A stretch of DNA of 64,000 bases, taken from Haplodiscus bocki. Taxonomy: Eukaryota. The translations under genes and the position numbers were made by a program. Where the stretch lies: the NCBI GenBank assembly GCA_965655095.1, contig OZ296658.1, positions 34,534,001-34,598,000 on the forward strand. Reading direction: 5' to 3'. The notes beneath the pieces were generated by a model, which saw only the letters and a program-made list of their open reading frames with translations, had not been told where the DNA came from and made no database searches. Below are positions 1 to 12,783 of this stretch, piece after piece. How positions within the stretch are numbered: the stretch's first letter is position 1; each line of letters starts with the position of its first letter.

Positions 1-3000
1 AGTGAACACATGTTTGATTAGAACTTCAGACCGATTCGAAAAATTCACAATAATTTAAATTTGATTTTTCACAAGAGAAGTTTTCTTAATACCCTTTGTG
101 CTGGATTGATATATTATTGTAAAATCAGTCATTATAATGGAAACACCTCTGTTCAGTAAAAACGAAACTTTATTTCTCATTTGTGTGTTCGTAACAGTTT
201 GGTTTACAGATTATATATATTGAGTGTAAAATCAACTAATTGGAGTGTTTGCACTGGTCAATCATTCCTTTGGCGTACATCTTGAATTCAAATTTGTTTT
301 TCAATTTTGTGCAAGAATCAGAGCTCTGGGTAAATTTTTCAGAGAGTTTTCATTGAACGGGATTGATGAACAGTTGGCATGCCGATATGATTTTATCATT
401 CTAACAAATTCACGGAGGTGGGTCAAAAGTAGGAGTTTTATATGACAAGTTCACGAGAGTTGTCGATAACAGGAGCTATAGTTTCTCAAGAATTGTCTGT
501 TTCCGTCGAGTTTGAACAAGTTCCGATCAAATCGGAATTATTATATTTAACGAGGTCTAGGATCTTTTCATCTAAAACAGTCACTAAGTCTTGGTGTTCG
601 GAGGAACTTGTAACAGTAAATTTTCTTGGAAGTTATTCATCACAAGATCGAGTCACTGAAGGTGATCGGAATCAAGAGGAACAATAGAACGAGTATCCAA
701 CTCCAGATGTCCAGTAATTTCGTGAGTGATCACCAGTTTGTGAGTTGAAAATTACAGCATTTGGACTGACTACATTCAAATTACAGAACGTTCGTTCGGA
801 TACTTCTGATATTGTAACTCGTTGAATTGTTTGTTGAATGTTGTCAGAGACGATTTGGAACAAGAATGTGACTTCCGTTTTCTTTTTTCAACTTCCCGCT
901 GTTTCCGAAAGCAATTTGAAATAGAATTGATTTGATAGCTGACAAATTTTACAGTATTTTCTACTTTGCCATCAGGATCTTTTCCTTTAAGGATTGTGAC
1001 TTCAGGTTTGGATTCATAGGAATCAGTTGTTATATTTTGATATGCCAGTTTTGATGTTACTGTTATAGTTTGCAGTGGTTGGTCACGTGTACGATTTTTT
1101 TGTCGTTAACAACTCAAAAATCAAAAAACTTACCTAAGGTAAAAAAAAGGTTCAATCACAGTTTAAGTGTGTTCGACTTGTCTTTTGTCAGCAGAGTCCT
1201 TAACTTTTTCAGTAATCCACGGTTGAAATTTTCATTACGTCTAGGGTTAATAGTTCGATCAGATTCACAAACCATCTTTTTCCCTTTACTTTCATATTTT
1301 ATAGCACATAGTGGCGTACTGTTCCAAGATCTGTCCCAATTACAACTTCAGCTTCAATTTCAGCGTAACGTGCAGCTTTCTAGGTAGAAAAATGCCATCT
1401 TCTGAATGGAGCTACAATAACAGACCAGTCGTTTTTTCAAGTGCCCGGAATTTCCAAAAATTTGATGCAATTCCAGATACAGAACATTGATTTTATGCCA
1501 TTCTCTTGCCACTGAGTTTAGGCTACAGGATTAAAAAGTCCTTCTCCCGCGGTGAATTTTTGTTGTGAGTCAATTCGATATAAACACTCTTCAGGGTATT
1601 ATTGATGATCGAGACTAATGAAAGTTTTCAAAAACTTGATGACTGCTACAAAAGGTACAAAATCAAATTGTTGAACTGCGAACTAGGAAGTGTTTGGTTC
1701 ATATTTGGAAAAGTATTTGATTGCGGTAGGTTTGCAGGGCACCTAATTTGATGTTGACCTGGTTGCATCGTAGGAGAAGTAGGAGAACGGTTTAGTGTCG
1801 GTTTGTCTTCACTTTAGTTCAAACTCTCATTGGTTTACAATTGATGATTGTTAGTACTACCGAGGGAGTAGGCTTCAGCAAATTTAATAGGAGTCCTTAA
1901 GAGTGTGCTTTTAAAAAAGGACTCTTGGTAATGATTGTGTTCACCATAGACAAAATCTCCGTTGTCCTATTTATTTGATTTGCTTCAGTCGAAATATTTT
2001 GATTTTGGTTCATCCTCTAAAGCAATGGGCTTTCATCAGACGTTTGTTTTTGAGTTCTTTTGCATTGTGTAGAGAAGAAACTGCGGTTTCTAGTATCTGG
2101 AAAAATTGAGTCAATGTGTCAATATCAGAATTTTTTTTGAGTGCAAGTGATCCAGACAAGGATGAGTTTTTTCATACCCATAGTGCTCCTTCTACGAATA
2201 CATCTGATCGGTATTTATTTTCGTAAAATCTTTTCAGATCTACTGTTTGGGTAACCTGATATGTAGTAATTAGTTTCCGGTGTTGTTTGTGTTTCGATTC
2301 GAAATAACAGAGGCATTTTGGGATTGAGATTGTTTTTCAGTATTGATGTCTTGATTGGGGTTTTCTATTTCAATTTTTGCATTGTTGGTTGATCTCTTTG
2401 AATCAAAATCATCGATATTGTGATTAATTGGTCCATTTCGAGAAGTTGCATTTGAAAGCATCATGCGTATTTTACCTATTCGAGAATTGACATCGGCTTC
2501 AATTTGAGGTAGATTCAAATTTTTGTTTGATAGTTTTCATCTTCATTCGAGACTGCATTCATTTCATATTTGATATTGTAGTTTGAAAAGTTGTTAGGTG
2601 CACTTTGAAATAAATGTTGCAAATAAGTTGATATTTATAACTGGAAGAAATTGCGCAGAGATAGACACTAACTTTTAAAGAGGCATATCGTTACTTTAAC
2701 CGAACCAGATGAATTAGTTTCAATGAAACCCAATTATTTGAGCAAGGTCTCTCAGAAGTTAGTGGGAACCACTTTTAACTCTTCTCAAATTCTAAGCTTC
2801 AGGTGTTGTGGAAGAATTTTTCTGGTTTCCTAGTTCATCAATCCCAGAAAAAGCAAACACATCATTATTGAGCTTCTTGGCTTCTTATTGCAGTCTATTT
2901 GAGCTATTTAAAAAAATACCTATAAATTTTTTCAATTCTGTAAACTTTCCAGTGTTTTCATTTAGAAGAGGGTTCAAAACAATGTAAATTGATGAATCCA

Positions 3001-4080
3001 CGAAATTTTATTTACAGCTTTTGAACTCTTTAGAACCGAGATACGCGTCATGGTGTCAATCGATCAGTGGTTTTGAATAAAAGTCATTACGACGTTTTTC
3101 CAATGATAACGAGTTGGTAATATTGTAAAACAGAGTTTTAGTGAGAACAAACCATTTTTAACAAATGCCCTTTATTGTCGCTGTGTTACAAATTTAACAT
3201 TGAAAGGATGTGAAAGTTTTTGTTCAGCAGTAGCATGTTGGCAGTTGTGGTGCTTTCTTGTTGATAAATTTTGACAAAGTTTGGGCAGTTATTGTCATCA
3301 AAACAGAGGTAGTAGAGTGATTTAGTTGTTATTATAACTGAATTCGTTTTTGTTCGTGTTTTTACAAAATACGAGTTCGATCTTGGGGTCCCTTTCATTA
3401 TCCTGTCTCAAACATACGTTTGTTTTCAGATTGGGCGTTTTCTTGTGAGATTTTTCCAGATTGATTCATTTGAACTGCAGTTGAATGGTTTATCTGATAA
3501 ATAAATACATTTGAGAATGAAGGATCTTTTATCTGTAACGGGTTAGGCTGACGAGTTTCTGGCGGGTTTGTATTTTGTTGCAAAGCGTTTAAATAATTAT
3601 CTCCATTAGTGAACTAGTGGGTTTTCTTCTTGCCTATAAGCGCTTTATTTTTCGTTTTCAAACTCAGACGCAGAAACTTCATATCTCTTTCGTTGTTGGT
3701 TACACATTCTGTCATCAGAAAGATGTCAAATGAACTGGGAAAGTTCGAATGCAAAAAAAAAGAATTAATTTGAGAAATGTGAGACGGATTCGTTGCAGTG
3801 AATGCAAAAAAAATGTTTTAGAATGTTATAATGGTTTATGTAATTCTGGCAGCCAAGAATGAAAAGCAGGAGAGAAGGATTCAGCAAAACAAATGAAAAA
3901 TGAGAAAGTGCGATCAACCGATAAATTGCCGACAGAATTCGTAAGAGAACACGCAGACTGCGTTCAACCAAAAGATTGCTGCGAAAAATCAGTTTGAAAC
4001 CAGTGTAAAATTTCAGTTGACAGGTTGAGTAACAAAGAAGGTGAATATCCTTCTTAGACAAGTGATGTGAAAATCCGGAC

Positions 4081-4098
4081 AATCATTTTCTACTGCCA
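4081..4098 (-). promoter_or_regulatory. Degenerate primer-binding site, probably tRNA-iMet
   Basis: TGGCAGTAGAAAATGATT matches the complement of the animal initiator-tRNA 3' end (TGGTAGCAGAGGATGGTT) at 13/18 positions, with all differences being transitions. It lies between the candidate LTR and gag. Confidence 0.55.
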
Positions 4099-4099
4099 A

Positions 4100-4495
4100 T
4101 ATCTGATCAAGTCTGATCAGAACTTCCAAGTTTCAGCCTTTACAGGACGAGAGAACATTGATAGGCAGAACGTTATTATTCAGTACTATTTACGCAGTCT
4201 TCTGATTACGATTAGTTCCTAACTAAGTTTTAGACAGTCTTCCCAATAGTCACTAATATAAAGAGTACACAAAGGCTTTGCAGTGGAAAGCCAGCCTTCT
4301 GAACTCAAGACATACGGCTGGAGAAACTAAAGTCAGAGAGCCGAAAATTGGAAAACAACATACATTTATGACATTCTAAGGACTTTCCAGATGGGGTAAT
4401 TTGTGAGAGTGCAACTTTCAGAGGGCTTTAAAAAGTGTTAAGTGTTGATTAAGAAAAGTTACAGTGAAAAGGTGTAAACCATTGATATGGTAACA
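4100..4495 (-). repeat. Candidate 5' LTR (~400 bp) of the gypsy element
   Basis: Begins TGTTAC on the minus strand and ends just before the PBS. The partner LTR is outside the window, so the boundaries are unconfirmed. Confidence 0.4.
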
Positions 4496-7400
4496 GAAGG
4501 TAAAAACCTATCAAAATATGATGAAAATACTGCCCTAAGACTAAAATGGTCTGTTTTCAGAGTCTACTACACTGCTGAAAAAGAAGAAACTCACGATCTA
4601 GCAGGGATCTGAATACAAGGACTGACAGCGAAATAAAAATTAAAAAGATTACAATACTGATCGCCGAAACAACCGTTAGACCCCGAAGTACTCACACTTT
4701 TATAGTCGAAACGCCTGGTGAAAACTTATAGTCCAAAAATCCAGAGATTGACAAAGTTTATAGTCGAAACAATTGGAATAGTTTGAAGGTACAAGAGAAA
4801 GCGTTGTTTATCGCTTGCTTGAAATTTTGGAGGAAGACGTCAAAAATTATAAGTGGAACTTTATGAAGTAAATTTAAACAGCGAAATAGAAAAATTGTGC
4901 GAGGCCAAAAAAAACTTTTCATTTTCGAACTGTTTGGCATTTGTTTGATAAACACAGAGTTTTCCGACAAACTTTCACTCTTAGGGTTGGAGAGATGTTG
5001 TTGAGCGAAAATACTGCAGATACTTTTTGGGTAAAGTAACATGTGCAACAGTTTTCATAAGCAGAACGAGAGACGATCAAAATTTCTAGTTAACTATCGT
5101 GCGTCACAGTCAATAAATCAAAACTTTTGACACATGTAAACACGCAAGCAGTCAGAGCAATTTTAATTTGCATCACCATTTTTAGATAAGAATTTGAAAT
5201 ATCAGCTTAAGACCTCAAAATATTCCAAAAAAGGTGTTAACTTCCTTATGTCCCTTTTCTGTAGTTTCGTGACAAGGTATATTAGCATTACACCTCTGTT
5301 AACACCAAAGACGTATAATCGAAATATCTCAGGTTCACTGTCTATCTTTTTACCAGCTAGCTTCTCGAGGAAAACCAGTCTCTACTGGGATTACACTTCA
5401 ATTTCCATATTTTTCCAATGAGATAAGAACTAAGATCCATAAAAATCCAGAATTTAACCAATGACAAGCTTCCTGTGCATCATCTCCCGATTAAAAACTT
5501 TCTTATGACAACAAGAGCACCTATAAAGAAAACTGCTTGAAACGTATATGTTGCACAACAGTGACAATACATATATATCTGCGGAGAGAAGCAGTGCTTC
5601 CTATATGAACAAACACTGTTCCAGTTCATAGAGAAAACAAAACAAAATGTTTCCGAGGAGCTAAAAAAGCTATAAAAAATCAAAAAAAGACAAAACTGAA
5701 AAAAGGAGCCTTCAAATTTTCAAATCAAAGTTGCAACAACTTCCATTGGCCCGGAAGGAATAGCCGCAGGATAACCCTGTGGTTTTTTCCACGGAAAGGA
5801 AGCAGTTTCAAGGCTAAATTATTCTTAGTTCCTTTTCTCAGCCTGTAAACTCACAAGGAACTCCCCGTGGTGTGGTTTCTGCAAATTTTCCGTATCAAGG
5901 CTAGATAACTGTTCTTTTTTCCCCGCAAAAAATGCCAAATTGTAACTGTGTTGTTTCGGGCTAATTTTCTTGTTAGAGCTCTTCCCGTCTTGACTCTTTT
6001 TGCCCAGAAACCCAGTATGACATCTCCGTGGTGCTATTTGGAAAAAAATATTTCCGAGGTTGGGACATACTTGATCCCTGTCTCTCCGTTCCTAAAGTCT
6101 TTTCCGCGAAAATTCCTGCAAAAGTTTCGGGAAAAAAATACCAAAGAACAAGAGTAATCACTCACGATTAATATGCTTCGTACGAAAGTAGAAACTTATT
6201 GTCTTCCTCGACAGTTGTCAGGCCAATAGTAATTGAGGAACTCTGATTTTTGACACAGAAACTAATTTTTGACGACTCGGAAACTGTACAAACCAATGGT
6301 AACTGGTTTCACGATTGTTTTTCTCGAGAATTGTGCAACGGTGTAGCGATGGTTAACTAATTTTCAAGTATTTTTGGCTGTTTAAGCTCCTAGTGGATGC
6401 TTACATATCAGTCTTAAGTCCACTTAGGCAGTGTAGGACGAGGGCTCAATCCTGAAAAAAACTGCTAAGTAGTCTTCAAATTGAGGCTTTTGCTAACAAC
6501 TCAATTACAGTTGTTACAATTACAACTTTCATTACAGTTTTGATTCCTAAAGCTCGAGCAAGTTTTTTTCTGTTGTAACTTCAGAATATTGAGAATACCT
6601 ATCCATTGCAAGCATTGCATTTCACAGAGCAACATTTGAGACACCACTAACACCATATTTTTCCAAGTGAGTTACTTCAAAACGACTCATCAGAAAACTG
6701 GAATCAATATTTTTCCTGGAAAGTTTTTGTACTCAAGCTCACTTTGCATCTGAAAGCTAACTGCGACAAGAGGCTTCTGTGGGAAGGTCGTGATTGTGCG
6801 ACAAACGCGTTTCATCAATGTTCACCTAACAGCAAAACATCGAAACACGTCTCCTTGGTCATCAAAGGAAGGTATGCGAGGCATCAAATACTGCTGCACG
6901 ACAAACAATATAGGCAACAGAAGCGTCTTGAGGAAGTTCAAGATCGCTCACTTATGTTTCTAGAGGATCACACTATTGTGAGACGATCGGCAAAATTGGA
7001 TTCAGTATGAAGTGGATTGATGAAAAAGTCACAGACGCAAGTCATACCACGATCAATTCAATAAAATTCTCCGAACGGAAGTTTCTTCAACGTTTAATTA
7101 TCTTGGGCCTTGATCGCGACAATCCAGTGGAGATTAAACTGATGAGTTTCATTCGGCTCCAAAAATTTATATTGTAATCAAAAAGTCAAAAAAGCAGAAA
7201 ATCACGAAAAAACGATCACAGCATATTCTCAAAGGACCATTCCCTTTTGTTGAAACGACAAAAATACCTATAAAAAGCGGACAAACCTTAAATCAAATTT
7301 GGTCAGTTTTGTCTTCAACAGCGAAGCAAAAAACAGCAGAAATTGGAGATCATCAATGCTTCTGCCGAAAAGCTGCCATTCATATTTTTCTATCAAACAG

Positions 7401-10400
7401 TAGAAATGCAAAAATTGAGTTCTCGGCATTCTGTAGAGAATCAACGCATGATTTTGGTAGTTCAACAGAAAAGGCTTTTGAAGACATCATCGCGGTTGAA
7501 GAGAAAGCTCAAAAAAATTCCCATTGTGGAAGGAATAGTCTTTAGGACGTTTTCAATTCGTTTCTAAATATTGAAAACTGAATCTTCTAAAAAATAAAAG
7601 TAGAGTTAAATAAAAATACCACCAATCTTTATTGCGTTTAATGGAAGACTTCTGTTCCGGACGGAACAAAGGTCGTCCGTGTTGACCCAACAGGAGTCAC
7701 AAATTGCATTGAGTTCTTCAACTCCCTCCATGTCTCCGGAGGTTTTGTAATTTCTTTGACACCAAACAACTCTTGATCAAAAAAAAGCAAAGAGCGCTGC
7801 AATTGAAACTATCCATTTTTGTTGAACCTCTCTCAAAATAACGCTGTTCCATATCGAAAAACTAACTTCGTCAATGCTTGCATCCAAATGTTTCCTAGCG
7901 CTTGTTGGTAATTCAATAGAAATCACCTTGGAACCTTTAATCTCAATAGAGCTCACCAAAGTCGCACTCTTGTATTCGCAAAAACGAATTTCTTTTTCAA
8001 GATGGTTGGTGTAGCTTTATTGTTTTGATGGCCGGCAGCTGTTTACTTTAGTGCATCTTCGGGACGTCAGTGGTCTAACGTCTGTCTCCAAAAGAGTTAC
8101 AAGAGAGGAAAAAGAATGTCGCGAGTTTTCCCATAGGTGACTATGGTTGTGTTGATTTTTCAAGGAATGTTTGGACAGCCAAAATTTTGAATCTAATTTT
8201 TGACATAGTTCAAGATTCTTGAGCTAGTTGCAAAATGGTTATTCTTGGATTCCAAATGATTCAACCAAGCTTTTTGCGTCGGAGGAACTATGAAAGAGAA
8301 CTCTGTCAAATAGTTTTTTTTGGTATTGTGTTAATATTGAAACTTTCTGATCTTTTCTCTGCGGTTGCAAAAAACGCTTTTTTAACTTCATATTCACTTG
8401 CTTGTTCTAAACTTTCAAGCTGCTCGCGAGCTTTTTTCATGTGTTCAAATTGTTTAGTGTATTGTTAATCTGTTTGTACTCTAAATGCAATCCAGCAAAA
8501 CAGAACGCACTGAACGGTTCACACTGATCGCTATTACCGTTCTCGTTGGATCCCCGCAGCCCCAAACAATTGGAGCAAAACAATCTTTTTTTCCTATAGG
8601 CGCAGACAGTGGGAAGCGGAGAAACTGCATTTTTTCTTCACTTGACTAGTGAAAAGGGGATCCGACGAGAACATTAATGGCGATCAAGGTGGACCATTCT
8701 TTGTTCTTAAATTTGCTAGGTGAAATTGAGATTACTAACATATACACAAAATAAGGAACAGCGACCAATTTCAACACGCCGAAAAGCGTGTCAGCAGCGC
8801 AGAAAAATAGAACAACAAAATGAAGAACAAAATGAAAAGGCATCGTTTCGACGATTTTCAAACGCAGAGTTTAGATAAGCAGGTTTCGAATGGTATCACA
8901 ATGTCTCAGAGAAGACTTTGACAGCGTTTGCGAATGTAGCCTAGCGGTGCAAAAAGCACGTGGGGCTTTATATCCTTTATCAGACAGTGCTTCGAAACTC
9001 CAATGAAATTTTTTCCGGTAAATGTATTGTTACAAGTTTATGTAAAAAGTCATTCGGTAGATTTGAAATGTTCGCGGTCCCTGTCTTCAGGTCTTTAGTG
9101 AGGAATCGACACATCTTTGTTTAACTCTGACAAATTTTGAGAAAGCTTTGCGTATCGTTACCTTTCATCGAACAACCAATAGTGACAGATGTTAATAGTC
9201 GAAGCCGTGTTGACGCACTGTTGTAAACAAGAGAAATTCGTCTAACTTAGATAGAGCACCCAAAATGCTGGACTCTGTCCAACTAAACTCCTGGGACAGT
9301 TTCTAAATGACTCTAGTTTCAGTTTCCTCAGAAACCTGTTTTATATATTCCTCCTTAATTCTAGGAACGAATGTGTTTCATGACTGGCCGTTCCAAGGAT
9401 GTTCCTCTTGTGTTTCTCTTGTAACGCCTGCCGACTTCCGTTTGTTTCTCAAGGTTGACATCTCTTTGAAAGGAAAATGTTGAGCATTTTTGAAGATTGA
9501 ATTAGTTTTTATTTGTTTTTCAAATTGAGATTATAACAAAAAATGTGATTTTTTTGGAATAAACAACTAGTCGCAATCAGTACAGACAATTGTTAATCAA
9601 AATGATAGTAAGGATCCGTCCTTAGTACTTTCATTTCTCCTATTTATACCTTTTCAGTGGCGGGAAACACAATTGTGTACACGCCAAGTCAAGGTACAAA
9701 GTAGGGAAAAGTACTTTAATCATTATAACTACAAAAGAAATATGCCGACTCTGGCGGGAAAAAAACACCTTTCCGTCCATTTCTTCCTTTACAAACCGCG
9801 TCTTCTCTACCCTTCGACGGAAAATGTATGGGTCTAATCCGTCGGAAACGGACAACGAAGTGCTTATTCGCGCGCCGACTCAATAAAAAATAACATAAAC
9901 GAATGATCAAAAAGATTTTCCAGGAGAAAAAAGTTTTGAAAAACGCACCAAAATCAAGTAAAATACACAATAATTTTCATAGAAAATCATAACTACATGC
10001 TTGGGATTACTAATGCATCGATTAAATCCACTTTTGGAACAAAACTGTGCTTTTTCCTAGTCCTCTCCTCGTTACTACCAGCTGGATCCTCATTTTGACC
10101 AAAGTGCTCCGGAACTACTACGTATCCGCTTGTAGCATTGCTCGCCGCAGTGCTACTGAGAAGAATGAAATAGGTGGCTAGGTAGCCGTTCCGTGTTTGT
10201 CCATAATGACACAGCGTATTAGCACAGCGGATTGGTTGAATTGATTCTAGTGACGTCACCAGATTGGTAGCGACGGAACGTGTACGGAACAAATATTCAC
10301 TCCTAGACTAGCTAGTAGGTAGATACGTGTCCGTTCCGTAACAGTTCCGTCTCAATCTGGATTAGTACAGGGGAGTGCTACGTATACAATACGTAGCAGT

Positions 10401-12180
10401 TACATGAACATTTATTAGGGAGTAATATGTATACGCTACGTATCCACTACATGCAAAGACGTTGATATATGACTGCAACATTATTATATAAAAGAAAATA
10501 GAAAAGTGTAAAGTTTTGATACAGTTTCTTCTAATCTTCAGACAATCCGTGGATGTGCTTTCGTTTCTCTATGCTCGTAGGTTTCGTGGGTAAACTGCGA
10601 CAGTCTCAGTGACATTTGGTCAGATCATGAAGAGACCCATACTCATGTTGATATACTAGAGTTGGAAAGCAAGCTGTTGATCGTATCATTCTGTTCATTC
10701 AATTCATATAATGCGGGAATAACAGATTTAAATGTTTAACAGAAGGTAATTTATTATGTTTAGAAGAGGAATAGCAAGATAGTTTTTCTTTTTTCCAATA
10801 TTAGGACCATAACTGTGTAAAGGCTACCATATTGTAACACCTCGGGTGTGACTTCATTTTATCTTTTCTCCATTTCCCTTTTCAATGCCTTCTTTTGAAA
10901 TTAGCAAAAAAATTGATAAGCATGGAGACAAAAAGTCCTTTTGGTGGTGTTATGGGCGGCAATTCGGACTCCAAAAACGAGCGGGAGCATGAAAAGTAAA
11001 ATTCCGCTTTTGCGTATTTGGCCTAAAATCTAAGGTTTCCTTAGATTTTGCATGAGTAGTTTTCTCCACCTTGTGGATTGATAATAACGAATCTCGCAGC
11101 AAGGATTCAGTATTGTTAATTGGAGAAAAGTGACACAAGCAATTATGTTACCTTAAAACCACAGCCTTTTTTGCAGATGTTCCATCAAGAAAATGTTGAG
11201 GCTCATTAGTTATTCTTTACATATCAAATGGACGAAGAGGCTTTTTGTTGTTGATGATAAACATCATATTTCATCTGTAAATTTCTATTTTTTTCTTGTC
11301 TTTCAAAATCTTTTTTTTTCTCTTTTTTGTATCCCAAACGAATGTGTATGAATAGGGTATATGATATTTAAAACCTAATTTGAGGACAGGCTACCACCCA
11401 AACAGGAGATTTACGCATTCCGGTGACCTTGCATGTAATAACGTCAGAACATACATTTTCCATGATTACATTTCACAATATTTTTTAAATCATTTTCCAC
11501 CTGATAGAAAGAATAATTGTTTCACATTTTTTGCTCGTTTCATGTATAGTTAAACAGTCCATAGACTGCACATTCTCATCAGGTTCACTCGTGTAGTATA
11601 CATTTTGACACATATTATTTTTTGTTTTACCTTTGGTTTAATTGAGATGTTTTGGTTTAATTTAGGTGTTTTGTGAATGCATTTTTTAAAGCAGTATAAG
11701 ACCCATCCTAAACTTGTTCATAGATAGTTGGTTGGATTCAGCTCCTACCATAGTGAAAAAAATCACCAAAGTAATCTCCAGAGTCTTTTGGTGGTTACTT
11801 TTTAGATTGATGTTGTTATGGTTGATTTACTGGTACCATTTATTCGAAAATAAAATGTTTTTTTTTTTTTCAAAAATAAATGACCTAAGAGACTACAAAT
11901 CCTCGAAACCTAACACTTTCATTTTGTTTCCCTTTTACAATTGCTATCTATAAAAATCCTTCCTCATCTCTTTCTACGAAGTCAAATTTTTAGTTGTTTT
12001 CTCAGAATTGTAACATCAATTATTCCATCATGTAACGTTCGTAACTCAAATTGGCTGAATCAACTTTTCGAAGAAAAAAATACGAAGATCGGCGGTACTG
12101 ACTCACTTTCAAAAGTTAAAGTTGGATCACTATTACTGTTTGCTTTTAAGCTGCTGTTTATTGCGTCTTCTTCCAAGACA

Positions 12181-12783
12181 TTAGCGAAGCAAGAAAAACA
12201 TGCATCGTAGTTGAACTGTGCAATGAGTGTGTGTTTGCCGGTCAAAACGTGTTTCTGGGACCGACAACTCACTTATCCCGTCCAAAATGTTATTTCGAGT
12301 CTCATCATTTACATTTGGTACATGTAGTACATTGTTGTATCCAGATGCGTTTTCAAAAGAGGCAATAATCCGTATGTGTTCCCCAGGTTCCAAATTTGCT
12401 GTAACACTAGTTGCATCCCGTCCAGAGGACGCATTTAGTGACCTAGTTGCTAATTCATTTTAAGGTGCAACAATGCTATCAATAGCGGTCAAAATTGCAT
12501 TCTGAATTCTGTCCTCGACCGTATCAACAATATTGCTCATTTCCTTGTCAACCCTTTCATTAAAAGATCTTTCCGACGTTTTCACATTTAGCGCACTTTC
12601 ATTAATCGCTAAATTATCACTAGAAGTACCAACAGTAAAATCTCGGTCATTAGTACTTTCATTGATCATAATGTTTTCTTGTCTCTCACTAATAGCGTTT
12701 CCAGTCATGATATCTTGATCGAAGTCATCTAGTTGGCTGAGAAGCATTCCGTCTGCTTGCCTTTTCTTGCAAGTAGAAATCAT
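12181..12783 (-). pseudogene. gag/ORF1-like coiled-coil ORF of a retroelement (~200 aa, one in-frame stop)
   Basis: ORFs 12460-12783 and 12181-12393 share a frame and are joined across TAA at 12460-12462 (DSIVAP*NELATRSLNASSG). Basic N-terminus and a helical segment ERVDKEMSNIVDTVEDRIQNAILTAID. Family assignment is tentative. Confidence 0.45.

Larger units (their letters stand above)
1..4495 (-). mobile_element. Decayed Ty3/gypsy-type LTR retrotransposon, 5' part (LTR, PBS, gag, start of pol); runs off the left edge
   Basis: On the minus strand: candidate LTR starting TGTTACC at 4495; PBS-like TGGCAGTAGAAAATGATT at 4098-4081; gag-like fragments (e.g. ORF 2270-2518); Zn-knuckle-like RKYCKICQLSN..SISNCFRKQRE at ~965-895; retropepsin-like FLLNRGVSII (cf. 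FLLDSGASIS) at ~165-134. Many stops and frameshifts. Confidence 0.7.

Noticed and set aside
4500-9900. Numerous 60-100 aa ORFs
   Set aside because: No recognisable motifs, mostly non-ATG starts and overlapping on both strands, as expected by chance in decayed repeat DNA.
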